A DNA stretch of 48,078 nucleotides. It comes from Vicugna vicugna (Eukaryota). The stretch lies in contig MU057781.1 in NCBI GenBank assembly GCA_013265495.1, forward strand, positions 1,490,001 to 1,538,078. The letters are read 5' to 3'. The translations under genes were made by a program, and so were the position numbers. Of this stretch, positions 8,845-20,000 are shown piece after piece; the stretch's first letter is position 1, and the number at the start of each line of letters is the position of its first letter. Under the pieces are notes generated by a model, which ran no database searches, had not been told where the DNA came from, and was given only the letters and a program-made list of their open reading frames with translations.

Positions 8845-10500
8845 ATGTCCAGCAGGCACCCAGACCCCTTCAGATGCCCCGTGGGCACAGCAGAGGCTGG
8901 TTCCCCAGGGTGCGCTGCAGTGGGGTCCCACGTCATGTGGGTTTGGCAGAGACCCAAAGGCAAGCCAGGGAGTGAGGGCTTCCTAGTGGGAAGAGAGCTC
9001 GGGGCCCCCGTCCCCCCAGGAGGCTGCATCCTCGAGGTTGGTGAGGGGCACATTGTGACCTTCACCAGTGGGTCTCGAGTTGGAAGGGGAAGAGGGACAG
9101 TGGTTGGCTGCATCCTGGCAGGGGTGGTTAGCTGCAGCTTCTCAGGCTGGCAGCCGCTCCACTGCTATAGACAGTCGGCCGCAGTCTGTCCGCATAGTCA
9201 GGCTGTCTCCATCTCTTGCAGCCTAAGGGCAGTTTTCTCCTTGGGGACCAGAGGCAGATTCGGGGCATGCCCATGGGTTCCTGTCCCGAGGAGGAAGGTG
9301 CGGCCCCTGCCATCCCCCCCGCTGAAGGCTGGCGAGAAGTACCACCTGTTCGTGAGTTACAGCAGCGTGGACGCCGCGTGGACCCATGGGCTCATCAGTC
9401 GCCTGGAGGTGGACCACGCAGGGCTGAAGGTCTGCCTGCATGAGCGGGACTTCATGCCGGGCAGGAACGTTCTGGAGAACATGGCCGATTGCATCCACCA
9501 GAGCCAGAAGGTGCTGCTGGTCCTGAGCCAGGACTTCGTGCAGAGCCGGTGGTGCTTGCTGGAGGCCGACCTGTCCCTCTTTGGCTCCTGCCTGGAGCAG
9601 AAGCCGGTCATCCCGGTCCTGCTAAGGCCCTGCCAGGTCCCGCTCTACCTCAGCCACCTGACCTATCTGGAGGCCACGGACGGCCGCTTCTACCACAAGG
9701 TGGTGCAGCTCCTGTGCACACCCAACCAGCGCGTGGCACGCCCCCTGGGCCTGCGCTCGGCCCCCTCCCTCTACAGCGGGAAGACCCTGCTGACCCTGGA
9801 CTGCATCAACAGGGAAAGCCTGCCCTCCTGGAGAGTGGGCACCTTCAGCACCCTGGCCGTCCCGGACCCCTTGAAGCCGGTGCTGGAGGACCCCGAGGTG
9901 TACAGGCATGCTGTGGGCATCCTGAATGGGGTGCAGTCACCTCGGTCCTGCCTCCGGTACCTGGGCTGCAGGATCACACTGGGCATCTTCCTGATTCTCC
10001 TCTCCTTAGTATCAATCCTCCTCCCTTTGGTTTTGGGGCTCTCGCCAAACCAGCCTCCTCAGCGGCTCCTCCTGATCACTGCCAACATATTTTTCTGCCC
10101 CTTCTTTATGATCTTAGGCATTAACACTTTGTGCTGGTTCAGAAGGTTTTCTAAGAGGAAGACGCGGGAGCTGGATCTCAGGGTGGGTGAGGCCAACCTG
10201 CTGCTGGCGCCCCACTCGGTGCTGATGGGCAGCAAGACCATGAACAGGCTCCACTTCGTGTACGTTGTGCTGGGGGACTGCAGGGAGGCCTTCCTGGAGG
10301 CGCCGGGTGGCGAGGCCCTGTTCCGGGAGGCCCTGGTGCAGTTCTCATCCAGCTACGCCTGCTGCCTGGCCCACGCGCACTTCCCCGACTCCGAGGACGC
10401 TCCCGGGGCTCCGGGCCACCTGGAACTGGGCCTGTGCTTCTGCCGGTTCGTCTCTCTGCAGCTGAGGAGACAAGGGTGGCTCAGGGCTCCCCCTGTGTGA
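8845..10500 (+). CDS. Uncharacterised TIR-domain plus TMEM268(DUF4481)-like two-TM protein; single coding exon. The recognisable part is 9319-10500 and the probable true start is ATG 9267 or 9273
   Basis: 551-codon ORF with strong GC3 bias from about 9320. TIR motifs: box1 YHLFVSYS (9340), box2/BB loop CLHERDFMPG (9433-9462), SQKVLLVLSQDFVQSRWCLLE, IPVLL, LTYLE. Two hydrophobic helices at about 9973-10041 and 10066-10140 are followed by basic RRFSKRK. C-terminal motifs DLRVGEANLLLAPHSVLMG, LHFVYVVLGDC, FSSSY and H..CFCRFV resemble TMEM268 as I recall it. The first ~150 codons look non-coding. Confidence 0.85.
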   Translation: MSSRHPDPFRCPVGTAEAGSPGCAAVGSHVMWVWQRPKGKPGSEGFLVGRELGAPVPPGGCILEVGEGHIVTFTSGSRVGRGRGTVVGCILAGVVSCSFSGWQPLHCYRQSAAVCPHSQAVSISCSLRAVFSLGTRGRFGACPWVPVPRRKVRPLPSPPLKAGEKYHLFVSYSSVDAAWTHGLISRLEVDHAGLKVCLHERDFMPGRNVLENMADCIHQSQKVLLVLSQDFVQSRWCLLEADLSLFGSCLEQKPVIPVLLRPCQVPLYLSHLTYLEATDGRFYHKVVQLLCTPNQRVARPLGLRSAPSLYSGKTLLTLDCINRESLPSWRVGTFSTLAVPDPLKPVLEDPEVYRHAVGILNGVQSPRSCLRYLGCRITLGIFLILLSLVSILLPLVLGLSPNQPPQRLLLITANIFFCPFFMILGINTLCWFRRFSKRKTRELDLRVGEANLLLAPHSVLMGSKTMNRLHFVYVVLGDCREAFLEAPGGEALFREALVQFSSSYACCLAHAHFPDSEDAPGAPGHLELGLCFCRFVSLQLRRQGWLRAPPV

Positions 10501-13500
10501 CAGCTGGAGGGGCCTGGGGGCAGGGCCTGTTTTTGGGCATCCAGCTGCCGCTGAGCTGGCCCTGCAGACTTGGCAGCAGTGAGCTCTGGGCGGCGCACAC
10601 AGGCCTCCCCACTTCGTCAGCTGTGCCCAGCCGGGCGGCCCTGAGGCCCCTGCAGCACCCAGAGGACCCACAGGCTGCTCTGAGGGTAGAGGTTACCAGC
10701 AGCAGTCCCTCAGGCCTGGCGTCCTGCTCCAGCCTGACAGTCGGGAGAGGAGGGCTTTGTCAGACTACCTGGGAGGAGGCTGGGGAAGCAGCGGTCTTGC
10801 TGTGGGACCCTCGGGAGATAGTCACTGCCCATCTCTGGATGGTCAGTGCATGTCCAGGGGCCGGGGCGGAGTGCGCTGGCTCCCTGGGCCCCCTGAATAG
10901 CTCCTCCAGGAACCTGCCCCCGTTGCTGGGACACAGATCAGATGGACCCCGAGGTTCACTCTCAGCCACACACACACACACACACTGTGCGCCTGCCGTC
11001 CGTGCTGAGAGCCCATGGGGGCCAGCCACAAGCCATCCTCGGCTGAAAACAGCCTGCGTTTGTCCTCAGTGCGGATATCTGCTGGTCAGACCCAGATGGA
11101 CTTCAGACTGGGTGGGTGCTGTGTGCTGCCTGCCTCCCCTCCGGCTCCGTCCCAGCTCCTGAGACACAGACCCTGGGTCGGTATCCTTCCCCTTCTGGAG
11201 GAGAGTGAGTCTGGGGCTGCAGCATGGCCTCCTGCAGTCCAGCAGCGGAGCCTGTCCGTCCACAAACACTGCCCCTGAAGACAGGCCTCTGAGCTCAGAG
11301 GTGGTGGCGCTTCTGCTGAGAGAGCGGCATTTGAGGGGCACAGACGTGACCTGATCCTGGGTGTGGGGGCCCAGCAGGAGTGTCTCCTGAGAGTCCCAGT
11401 TGCGCCCTTACCAATCCGTAGACGAGCAGCTGGCGGATTGCAAGTCTGGTGCTGGGCAGATGTTCCCAGGTGTTGTGCTGGCCAGAGCTTGGCTAAGCAG
11501 CTGCGTGGTGTCTCTGCCTCACCCATTTCCCAGGTGCAGGCCCTGGACCGCAGCTGCAGAAGCACAGGCAAGTGAGGCTCTGGAGGCTTTCCCAGCAGCA
11601 CTGTGAGTGACAGTGCCCTCCCTCCCAGGCCCTCCCCAGCACTCCTTAGATGAGACCCCCATTCCCCGCAGAGTGTACCAAAATCCCACTCTTTTGGTTT
11701 GAACTGGCCGATCTGCCCGCTAGCCCAGGGATCTCAAAGCACTCTCCCCACGGAACCCGATGCAGGCTCGTGCTGGGGTCGGCCTCTCTGTCTACACCCA
11801 CCTGACCTCCCCCATCAGTAACAAGTTCTCTGCTTCAGTTTCTTCCGTGGTCTGCTCTTGAACTTGGCAGCACCCTGGGCTTCTCTTACCAAGTGTTAAT
11901 CAAGCTGAATCACAAGGCGACTGTCCTGCTGGAGGCAGCATTGGCCCGCTCTGTCCTGGGGCCAGGGCCGCACGGAGAGGATCTCCCTCCAGAGGAGACT
12001 GAGCAGCAGGCAACAGTGAGAGAGGCAGAGAAGGGGGGGTTCCGGGCGGGGGTCCGCACCAGCAATGGCACCAGACAGGAATCTGGTCACAGCGAGAAGC
12101 CTGAACCTCGGTGGCCCCAAAGATGGGCCCTGACACAGCCTCTCTGTGGCTGGTGGGGCCTGGCACTCCTGTACGTTGAAGGGCTGGGGGCCGCTGGGGA
12201 AGCAGCAGGGCCAAGACATGACCACAGGCTCTGCCCCAGAGTGGGCACCTGTGAGCCCCAAAGCCATCTGGGCCCCACGTGGAGAAGAGCCTCTTGTAGC
12301 AGTGGAGGCTCCGGCTCCCTTCCAGGGGCCCCCTGGACTCCGCTGGGTCCTCCAGCCTCTGCAAAGTCTGAGTGTGGGACCACCCACCCAACTTCCGGGT
12401 CAGAGCTGGCTCCTAGACGGCACAGGTGACACCCACAGACACGGAGGAGCCGACTTGAGGCCACACCTGCCCAGGCCGAGGGTCCACTCAGTGCTGAGTG
12501 CAGCTGGATCAGAGAGCACTGGAGCCTCGCATGCAGAGCCGGGCAACTGGTCAGCCTTTCAGGGCCAGACTCCCGGTTGCATCACAGGAAACCCTGGGAG
12601 GCCATGCTGGGGCTGGAGGTTGGGGACGGGGGTGGGCATGGCCTCGCTGTGCACGCACAGGCACGTGCATGGGCTCCTCGGGCATGCCGGTGACAACAGT
12701 GGCATTCCTGCTCGGTGGTGCCCAGCGGTGCATCTGAAAGAGGGCAGAGAGACAAAAGGGAGGGCAGAGGTCTCTCGTCAAAAGACCAAGATTTTTCATC
12801 ATGAAATAGTATATTTGTGCAATCAGAAAGGAGAAGCATTAGAGGAGCCATTCTGCTCTCACACAGGCTGTTGGGAATCTAAGCCTCCTTTGAACTGAGC
12901 CTACGACAGTGCCTCAGCCAGCCTTGCTCCAGTGCCCCTGGCCTGGCCAGCCCCACATTGCTGTGCAGATCCCCCACTGGGGCAGGCAGTGTCGGCTGTG
13001 GGGGATGCTAGACCTGGAGGAGTGGCCCCCCAGAGTGCCCACTAGGCTGGCCACCCCCTTGCACCCACTCCAAGGCTGCATGACCCAGGCCAATGGCTCC
13101 AGAACACAGGGACCCCAGCCCACCCTCCAGGGCCTGGACCCAGGGCTGTCACACTGCCTGCTCTGGCCCCTTGACCTCGCCACCTGCACGAGAGGTCAGT
13201 GGCTTGGGGGGGGGGGTCGGACGGGGCCCTGCATACCTGCTGCAGCAGGAGCAGCGGCCTTCACGGTGGAGTGCCTGACCTCCACTATCCGCCCCAGGAC
13301 AGGACCCCAAATCACCACCCTGGACAGGTGAGGATGGAGGTGCAGGCTCCTCTGTGCCTCTCAGGGACCTGGAGCTCCACCCCCTGCAGACGCCCCAAAA
13401 TGCCTCTCCTCAGTCTTGGGCTGGTTTTCAGCAGGGTGACCCCAGGCAGGTGGGGCTGAGGCTCTAACCAGTGCTGGGAACCCCCTGACAAGGCTGCTGG

Positions 13501-13899
13501 TCACCAGGGGTCAGGCAGCTGTCCCAGGCTCACTCTCAGACCTGGAGCACCACCCCCTGGTGTTCACCCCAGGGCCTCTCCCTTGGCCGCGTGGGTTTCC
13601 CGTGAGAGGAGAGTGAGGTCCCCAGGACGGGGCTGCTGTGCCCTGGTGACCTCATCACAGCTTGGGCCTGCATTTAGCAGGAGTGACCAGGGCTCTGAGT
13701 AGACAGGCCCCAGGGCCCTACTTCCACTGCCCCTCCACCTGGCTGGGCTCTGCCTTGTGGGTCAGGTGAGCCTCACTATGGACAGTGGGGATGGGCCAGA
13801 GCTGCCCTCGCCACCACCCTCCTCCAAGTGGACAGGGTGGGGGACACAGCACCGAGGTCAGCAGAGGACTGTCTTGTACCTGCTGTGGGTGTTGTGGAA

Positions 13900-15290
13900 A
13901 AAAAAACCTTCAGGGGAAAAATGTGAAGCAGAATAAGTAAAAAAATGCACGTGCATCTGCGTATTTCTGCAAAAAGATACACAGGAAGGCGGAATTAGAC
14001 TAGTAAGACTGAGTTCCTTCAGGGGGCGGGCGGGAGGCAAGTGTCTTATCTGGGACTTCTTTTGTGTGGTTTTGCCTTTGGGAACCATGTTAATATTACA
14101 CGCTAAAAAACAATATAATAAAACCAACAAAAATGAGGAAAGGACACTAAAAGGGAGTATAAGCAGTAATAAGGGACTCTTCTATGTTTCAAAGGAATGG
14201 CATAACTGCACTGATGTGAAAAAAAGAAAAGCTCCAAGTAACTTTTGGCCTGGCGCTTTGACTATGCACCCTCAGGCTGAAGGCAAACGCCCTCCTCTAG
14301 TTTGCAGGCTCACTTCTGTCGCGGTACGGACACCAGTTCCGAGGCAAAGTGCGGCGCACTCTGAGACTAGCGAGTAAGTATACTGAGGATGACAGGAGCC
14401 AGGTGTCTCTGCGGAGAAGGGGCTCCCATCACGGGAAGGAGGAGAGTCTCACTGGGAACTCCAGGAGTTCCCTGTGTGTTGTACACATGTGTGTAGATGT
14501 GTGGGCATGTCGTACAGATTTATGAGGGTTGTGTCTATGCATGTATGTGCACTTATGCACATACACACATACGCTTAGAGGAGAGAGATCTAGATGTGTG
14601 TATGAGTGTGTATACACACATCTACCCTCAAAGTCCAGCCACTGGGTGTGCCTCTGAAACTGAGTCCCCCTAAACCCGAGTGCCCTTACTGAGTTTATGA
14701 TTCATCTCACCACCCAAAACTTTGTTCCCTTTCTTGTGCCCTCAGACCTCAGTCCTGCACTCACTGAACACTCACCAACCAGAGTCAGAAGACTAAAACT
14801 CCTGTTGTCAATAAAATTGCCAATGTACCCAAACTGCCTGTGTAGACATCGTCATTAACATACAAACTCAGGTTATTTCTCCAGGGCAGGGTGAGCTAAC
14901 AGAGCCCTGAGCCATGGACCACCTGGCCAGAGACATCCTGACTCCCAAAACTAGATTAAGAACGGTCGCAGGAATCCATGGGTCCCACTGATATAAATAA
15001 ATGACTTAATGGGGGGCAGGGCAGGGGGGTCTTCCTTATAGTCGGCTAAGAATTGTAGAAGAATCAATTGAATGTAGAAAATTATCACTTGGAAAATATT
15101 GTTATTGATTCGGACAAAAATCTTCCCTGGATGCTATTACTAGGTGAGGGGTTTTTATGTAAATATTATTACTCACCAGTCTCAAAGCATCTTCCACAAA
15201 ATGTGTATTAATTTAGAAAGGGAAAAATGGTGGTTTTATAGGGAAAAACCTTGTCAGAAGCCACCTTAGGCACATTATGGAGTTAACCTC
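13900..15290 (+). mobile_element. Old L1MC/ME-like fragments with a (TG/TA)-rich simple repeat at about 14470-14620
   Basis: Abrupt A-rich blocks in a GC-rich background with L1 3'-UTR-like wording; subfamily not resolved. Confidence 0.45.
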
Positions 15291-16544
15291 ACCTCCCTCC
15301 ACCTTGCCTCCCTCCACCTTGCCTCCAGTGTGGGTCTCACTCATCTTCTGGACCCCACCCGCTGTTCCAAGGCTGCCCAGACCCCCTACATTGCCAGGCT
15401 GGAGGCCTAGCAGTCAGATTCCCACCCTTCTTCTGAGCACCTTGGGAATCACCCAGCCCCAGTGCTCAGCTGCAGGGCAGATTGCTGACACTGGCTCTAG
15501 ACAGGTCACCTGACACCGCAGAGATGCTCCGGGCTCTCATTCAAGGCAGGCACTCTGCACTGGGGCTGAGGGGAGCTCCCCAGGAACTCCCACCCATGTA
15601 AGGCAGCAGTCTCCAGCTGTTTCCTCCGGCTGCCTGGGCTTCCCAGGCCCTGTCATTCCTGTCTGCCAAGCCCAGCTCTTAGTCCCCAGGCCTGAGCTCA
15701 CCTCCAACCAGTGGGGTATCTGGGCCTGGGGGCCAGTCATCAGAGGAGGACAAGGGCTTCAGGGGAGGGGCACAGTCTGATCCACCCAGGTTGGGGCAGA
15801 GCTGGGACCTTTCAGAGTTGTGGTAGGGGGAGGTAGGGCAGGCTGTGCTTCCCAAAGTGAGCTGCCAGGGTGAATGAGAAGACTCTTGGTGGCTCAGGGC
15901 ACCCATGGGCCCTCAGACCTCCCGCCCCACCTCTAGCTTCCAGAAAACAGAAGATCCAGTGTTCTATGGGGCCCTCTGGGGCCCCAAGGGCCAGCTTACA
16001 CCCCTCCCCCGGATGCCCTATGTGCCCTCAGATGAGCATCTGCTTGATGCTTTATCCAGTCACTCATCTCGTGGGCAGTGCAGCTTGTGGGCAGGAACCG
16101 TATGTGGGTGCTGCCCAGAGCCCAGGGATTCAGACGCTCCCACCAGATGGGGGAGTGGCTTAGGGACCAGGCCCAGCACCCGTAGACTGTGATGGACATG
16201 GCTGGGCTTGGGGCTAGATGGAGGTCAGTTGGGAGGCTTCCCTGGGTGGAAGCGAGCTTATTCCGTTGTACCCAGCCGAGCGATGGACCAAACCAGGGCC
16301 TGTCCACTTGGGGCTTTGGCCCCCAGGCAGGCTTGCATAATGGCCCTTGCCTCCTCCCCTGTACGCATGAGCTGCGTGAGCCTCGTGTCCAGCTCACTGC
16401 CCTCCGCGGCCATCACTGCTCCCCGAGGTCCCTCAGGGGTCCCTGTAGGCAGTGGAGGACAAGATGCGGGTGCTCGCCCAAATTGGGGTTGAGGGGCAGG
16501 AAAAAGGCCGGAGGAACCGAGGCTGCTCAGGAGACGCGAGAGCC

Positions 16545-16762
16545 AGGTGGATGTGAATCTTTACTTAGAGAAAAGCGACAGAGCTAGAGGCTCACTGGGC
16601 GGGGGCGTCAGCGAGGGGTCCTGGGAGCAGGGCCACGACCACAGCGGGGAGAGCCTCTGGCGAGGGCCGGCGCAGGTAGCGGCGTAGGGTGCTGCGAAGA
16701 CAGAGGGGACGAGGGGTAGGAGCGGGCGAGGCGGGGCCGGCACACGGCCCCCTACCGCGCGC
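16545..16762 (-). other. CALY: Probable CALY terminal non-coding exon with variant polyA signal AGTAAA (16560-16565)
   Basis: Donor GTAGGT at 17030, 27 nt after the stop (NMD-safe distance); pyrimidine-rich acceptor TTCTTCCCCTGCAG ending at 16763; no nearby AATAAA seen. Confidence 0.45.
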
Positions 16763-17057
16763 CTGCAGGGGAAGAACGGCGAGACTGAACCCCGCCCGCC
16801 CGCCTCCGGTTCACCTGACACCGCCCCCTCCGGTCCCGCGGGTCCCGGCCCGCCCAAGCCCCTCCCAGGAGCTCAGACGCGGTCACAGGGGTCGCGTGGG
16901 CGGACAGCACCCCTGGGTAAGCCTCGGGCAGATGGGGTAGGCGCTCCCGGGGTGGGGGGGATAGGGAAGATGCTCAAAGGAGTGGCTGGGGTCTACATCC
17001 ACGCCCCCGGGGCCGCCGGGGCACACCTACCCGGACGGGCTGCGGGCGCAGAGGCTG

Positions 17058-20000
17058 TCACTGGGGGGCTGGGGGCAGCGCGCTCCCCGCCACCTGCGCC
17101 GCCTCTTTCTCTCCCTGAGCGGAGGGCTTCTCCGAGGGCTTCAGGGAAGGCTTGGCGGAGGGCTTGGCGGAGGGCTTGGCGGAAGGCTTCCCGGAGGGCT
17201 CCGAAGCGGCGGCCGCTGCGCCCGCCCGGTTGGGTGCCTTGGGCGTCTCCTTGAAGGCGCGGTAGCCCCCAACCCACGGCGTCTCCGTGCCGTGCTTGCG
17301 GCCCATTGGGTAGGCCCCAATGGCCGCCAGGATGCTGCGGTGACGCTCGGGGTCCAGCTCGGTGTAGTACATCTCCAGAGTCAGCGGGGTGCAGATCTTG
17401 TGCTGCGGAAGTGAGCCGGTCAGGGGCGGGGGCGGGGCGCAGGGAAGAGGGGCCGCGAGAAGCCGGGGAGAGGGGAACTGGGGAGGGAGGCGCGCGGGGG
17501 GGGTGGGGGAGGCGGCCGCGCCCATGGGCCCGGGTGTGCAAAGCGGGGTGTTGTCCTCAGTGACATCGGACACGACGCAGGAGCCATGTGCGAGGGCCAC
17601 ACGCGGGAGAGCGGTCACCTCGGGGCCTTCCTGTCCCTTCTGCTTTTGAGCAGTTCAGTAGTACTGTAGACAGTGCCCTTAAATCCATTTGTTTCTGCCA
17701 TAATTTCAAGCCACCAGAGGTCAGCCTCCAATTCAGAACTCAAAGCCCCAGGAAGAGCCAGCCCTTGTCAGACACGGGTGGTCGTGGCCTCTTCCGGGGT
17801 GAAGGGAAGGGGGCTCGGCGAATGCAGGCAGCCCGCCCCTAGCCCGCAGACTTCCGAGGGATCCCAGTGAGTGCCCGAGGTTAACAGCCCAAAGGACCCC
17901 TGGGAAATACAGCCTACGGGCCTCTGGGCACGTGTGGTCGAGCGCTTCCACCTCGGAAACCACGGGAAAGGCGGGGGTTTAGCTACTGGGAACTTAGAAG
18001 CTTAAAAAAATTACACTGAAAATGATTTTTTAAAAGTCATCATAAGCAAAGTCGAGAAAAAAAAAGAATGGGGAAAATACCTGTCACACATATAGAAAAT
18101 TATGTCCTGCGGCCTAGAAGCCCGCCGCGTGCCAGGCAGGGAGGAAAAGGCCGGCCCCGCGGGGAGAACCGTGCGGCCTGTGGTGGGGCCCGCACCTTCA
18201 CCCCCGCGGCACCCCCTTCCTTAGGCTCCACTTTTTAAATCACAGGAAGACAAAACCTCCAGCTAAAACACCTTTTCTTTTCATTTTTCTAAAGATAGGA
18301 CTCGAATATACCTGGGAGGTCACAGTCCCACAGACGGGAAACGCCTTTCCCCTCCACCCCGAGGAGGGGTTGGCGGTGCGGGGGAGGGGAGCGGAGGCAC
18401 CTGTCACCCAGGCTTCCTCAGGACACCCGCTCAAGACCCTCCCTGGTACTCTGCCTGGAGGCCATCAGAGAGCAGGGGGGCCTGACTGCCCCTTCCCAGC
18501 CCCGGTGCCCAGGCTGCCGTCCTTACCCGAAGCAGGAAGCCGTCGGGGCAGCTGAACTGGTCGTACCAGACAGCCTTGTACATGATCACGACGCAGGCCA
18601 GGAGCGCCAGGGTAAATGCCAGCATCCTCCCCGTGGACACCTGGCGGGTGGGGAGGTGTGGAGGGGAGAGCCCAGGTAGGGGGATGTGAGGCTGCAGCAG
18701 GGCCCTGCAAGGACCACACAGCCCCGTGCTCGCTGGCCTCTCGGAAGTGATGGAGAAAGGGGGAAAGGGCAGATTAACTACTGAAAAACGAAGGTTTCAG
18801 AAATAGTACACTAAAAATGATAAAGAGCCGTCATTAGTAAGGTTAAGAGCTGGAAAAGGAAGGGGAAAAACGTTTGCCTGACACCTTACAGAAAAAGTGC
18901 CTATTGTATGCAGGAAACCCAGGAGTCACCAAGGAAGAAACAAGGACCCACCTGGGAGAGGGTACAGGGCACGAGCCAGCACCACCCAGACAGCGATCCT
19001 CCGAGGGCAGCTGCTGCTCTCACCCCACTTTACAGCGACAGGGAGGCTGGGGCTTAGCCTGGCGCTGCCCAGCCCTGCACCCCACCCCTGAATGGGGTGA
19101 TTCCCTGTGACACTCTCCCCCTGAGAGCAGGGCCCTGACCAAGGGCCCAGCTGACCCAGCCCAGAGCCTGGGTGCCCAGGACCTGTAGGTGCCTCTCCAC
19201 CGCCCTGCCCTAACTCCCCACGGAACTGACAGGAGGGTTGGGTACCCTGCGCCCATGGCCCGAGTGGCTGCCGCTCAGTTTCTGGGCCTCCAGATCGGAG
19301 AACTTCTTCGACTGGTCCGGGGAGGACAGCTGGTATTCCGTCTGTGTCTTAATGACCACCTGTGGAAAGAGATGACCCCAGAGGCCCTGAACTGGGAGGG
19401 CTGGGAGAGAAGGGGACAAGGGGTCTGCTGCCCACAGTGGTGTGGGTGCTGGCCATCTGCCAGGACTGGTGAGTGGCAGGGTTCCAGGGGCTGCCGGCTG
19501 AGGCCTAGGGAAGGTGGACACTGGAAGTCTGCTGGGGCCATGGCAGCCCACGTCCTGGCCAGACCATGGAAACAGCCCCTCAGTCTGCTGGCTGCCTTTG
19601 ACTCTGAGGGTGCTAGCTCTCCCTGCCAGGAGCTTCCCCTTCAGTGGCTCTGTAGCTTGGGTTTCTTAGAAAGCCCACCCCGATTTCTCCTCTGACTCCC
19701 AGAGTCTGAGGCCCCACCACAAAGGCCACAGGCAGGTGCAGTCCTGTGCCTCATGTCTCCCACTGAGGGGCAAGGACTGAGCCTTCCCACAGTGTCCTTT
19801 GAGAACTAGGTCCAGAACCATAGCAGACTCAGCTGAAGCCCACACAGATTGCTGGAGAACTGCCCTTGGCCACAGGAGCAATGCCTGGAAAGTATTCCCA
19901 TGGTCCCCAGTCATAGCTGACCGATGGGGCCTCCAGCTGGGACAACTCTTGGTACCATTCACTCTACAGGCTCAAGTGGGATCAGGCTGGGCTGTGTCAG

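Noticed and set aside
8845..9266. N-terminal 140 codons of the 551-aa ORF as real protein
   Set aside because: No codon bias or domain-like character, starts beside an LTR remnant and spans a good splice acceptor at 9221; more likely a chance open frame.
9273..9290. MGSC as an N-myristoylation signal like TRAM
   Set aside because: Lacks the favoured Ser/Thr at position 6 (has Glu) and depends on the unproven start choice.
9319..10500. Calling the ORF a Toll-like receptor, TLR retrocopy or TIRAP/TICAM/MYD88
   Set aside because: No LRRs, Ig or death domain; the TM helices lie C-terminal to the TIR; the sequence does not match those genes beyond general TIR motifs; no polyA tail or TSD seen.
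11893..12898. Overlapping 160-250 aa ORFs on both strands
   Set aside because: Low-complexity Pro/Gly/Ala/Arg translations typical of GC-rich non-coding DNA; no domain recognised.
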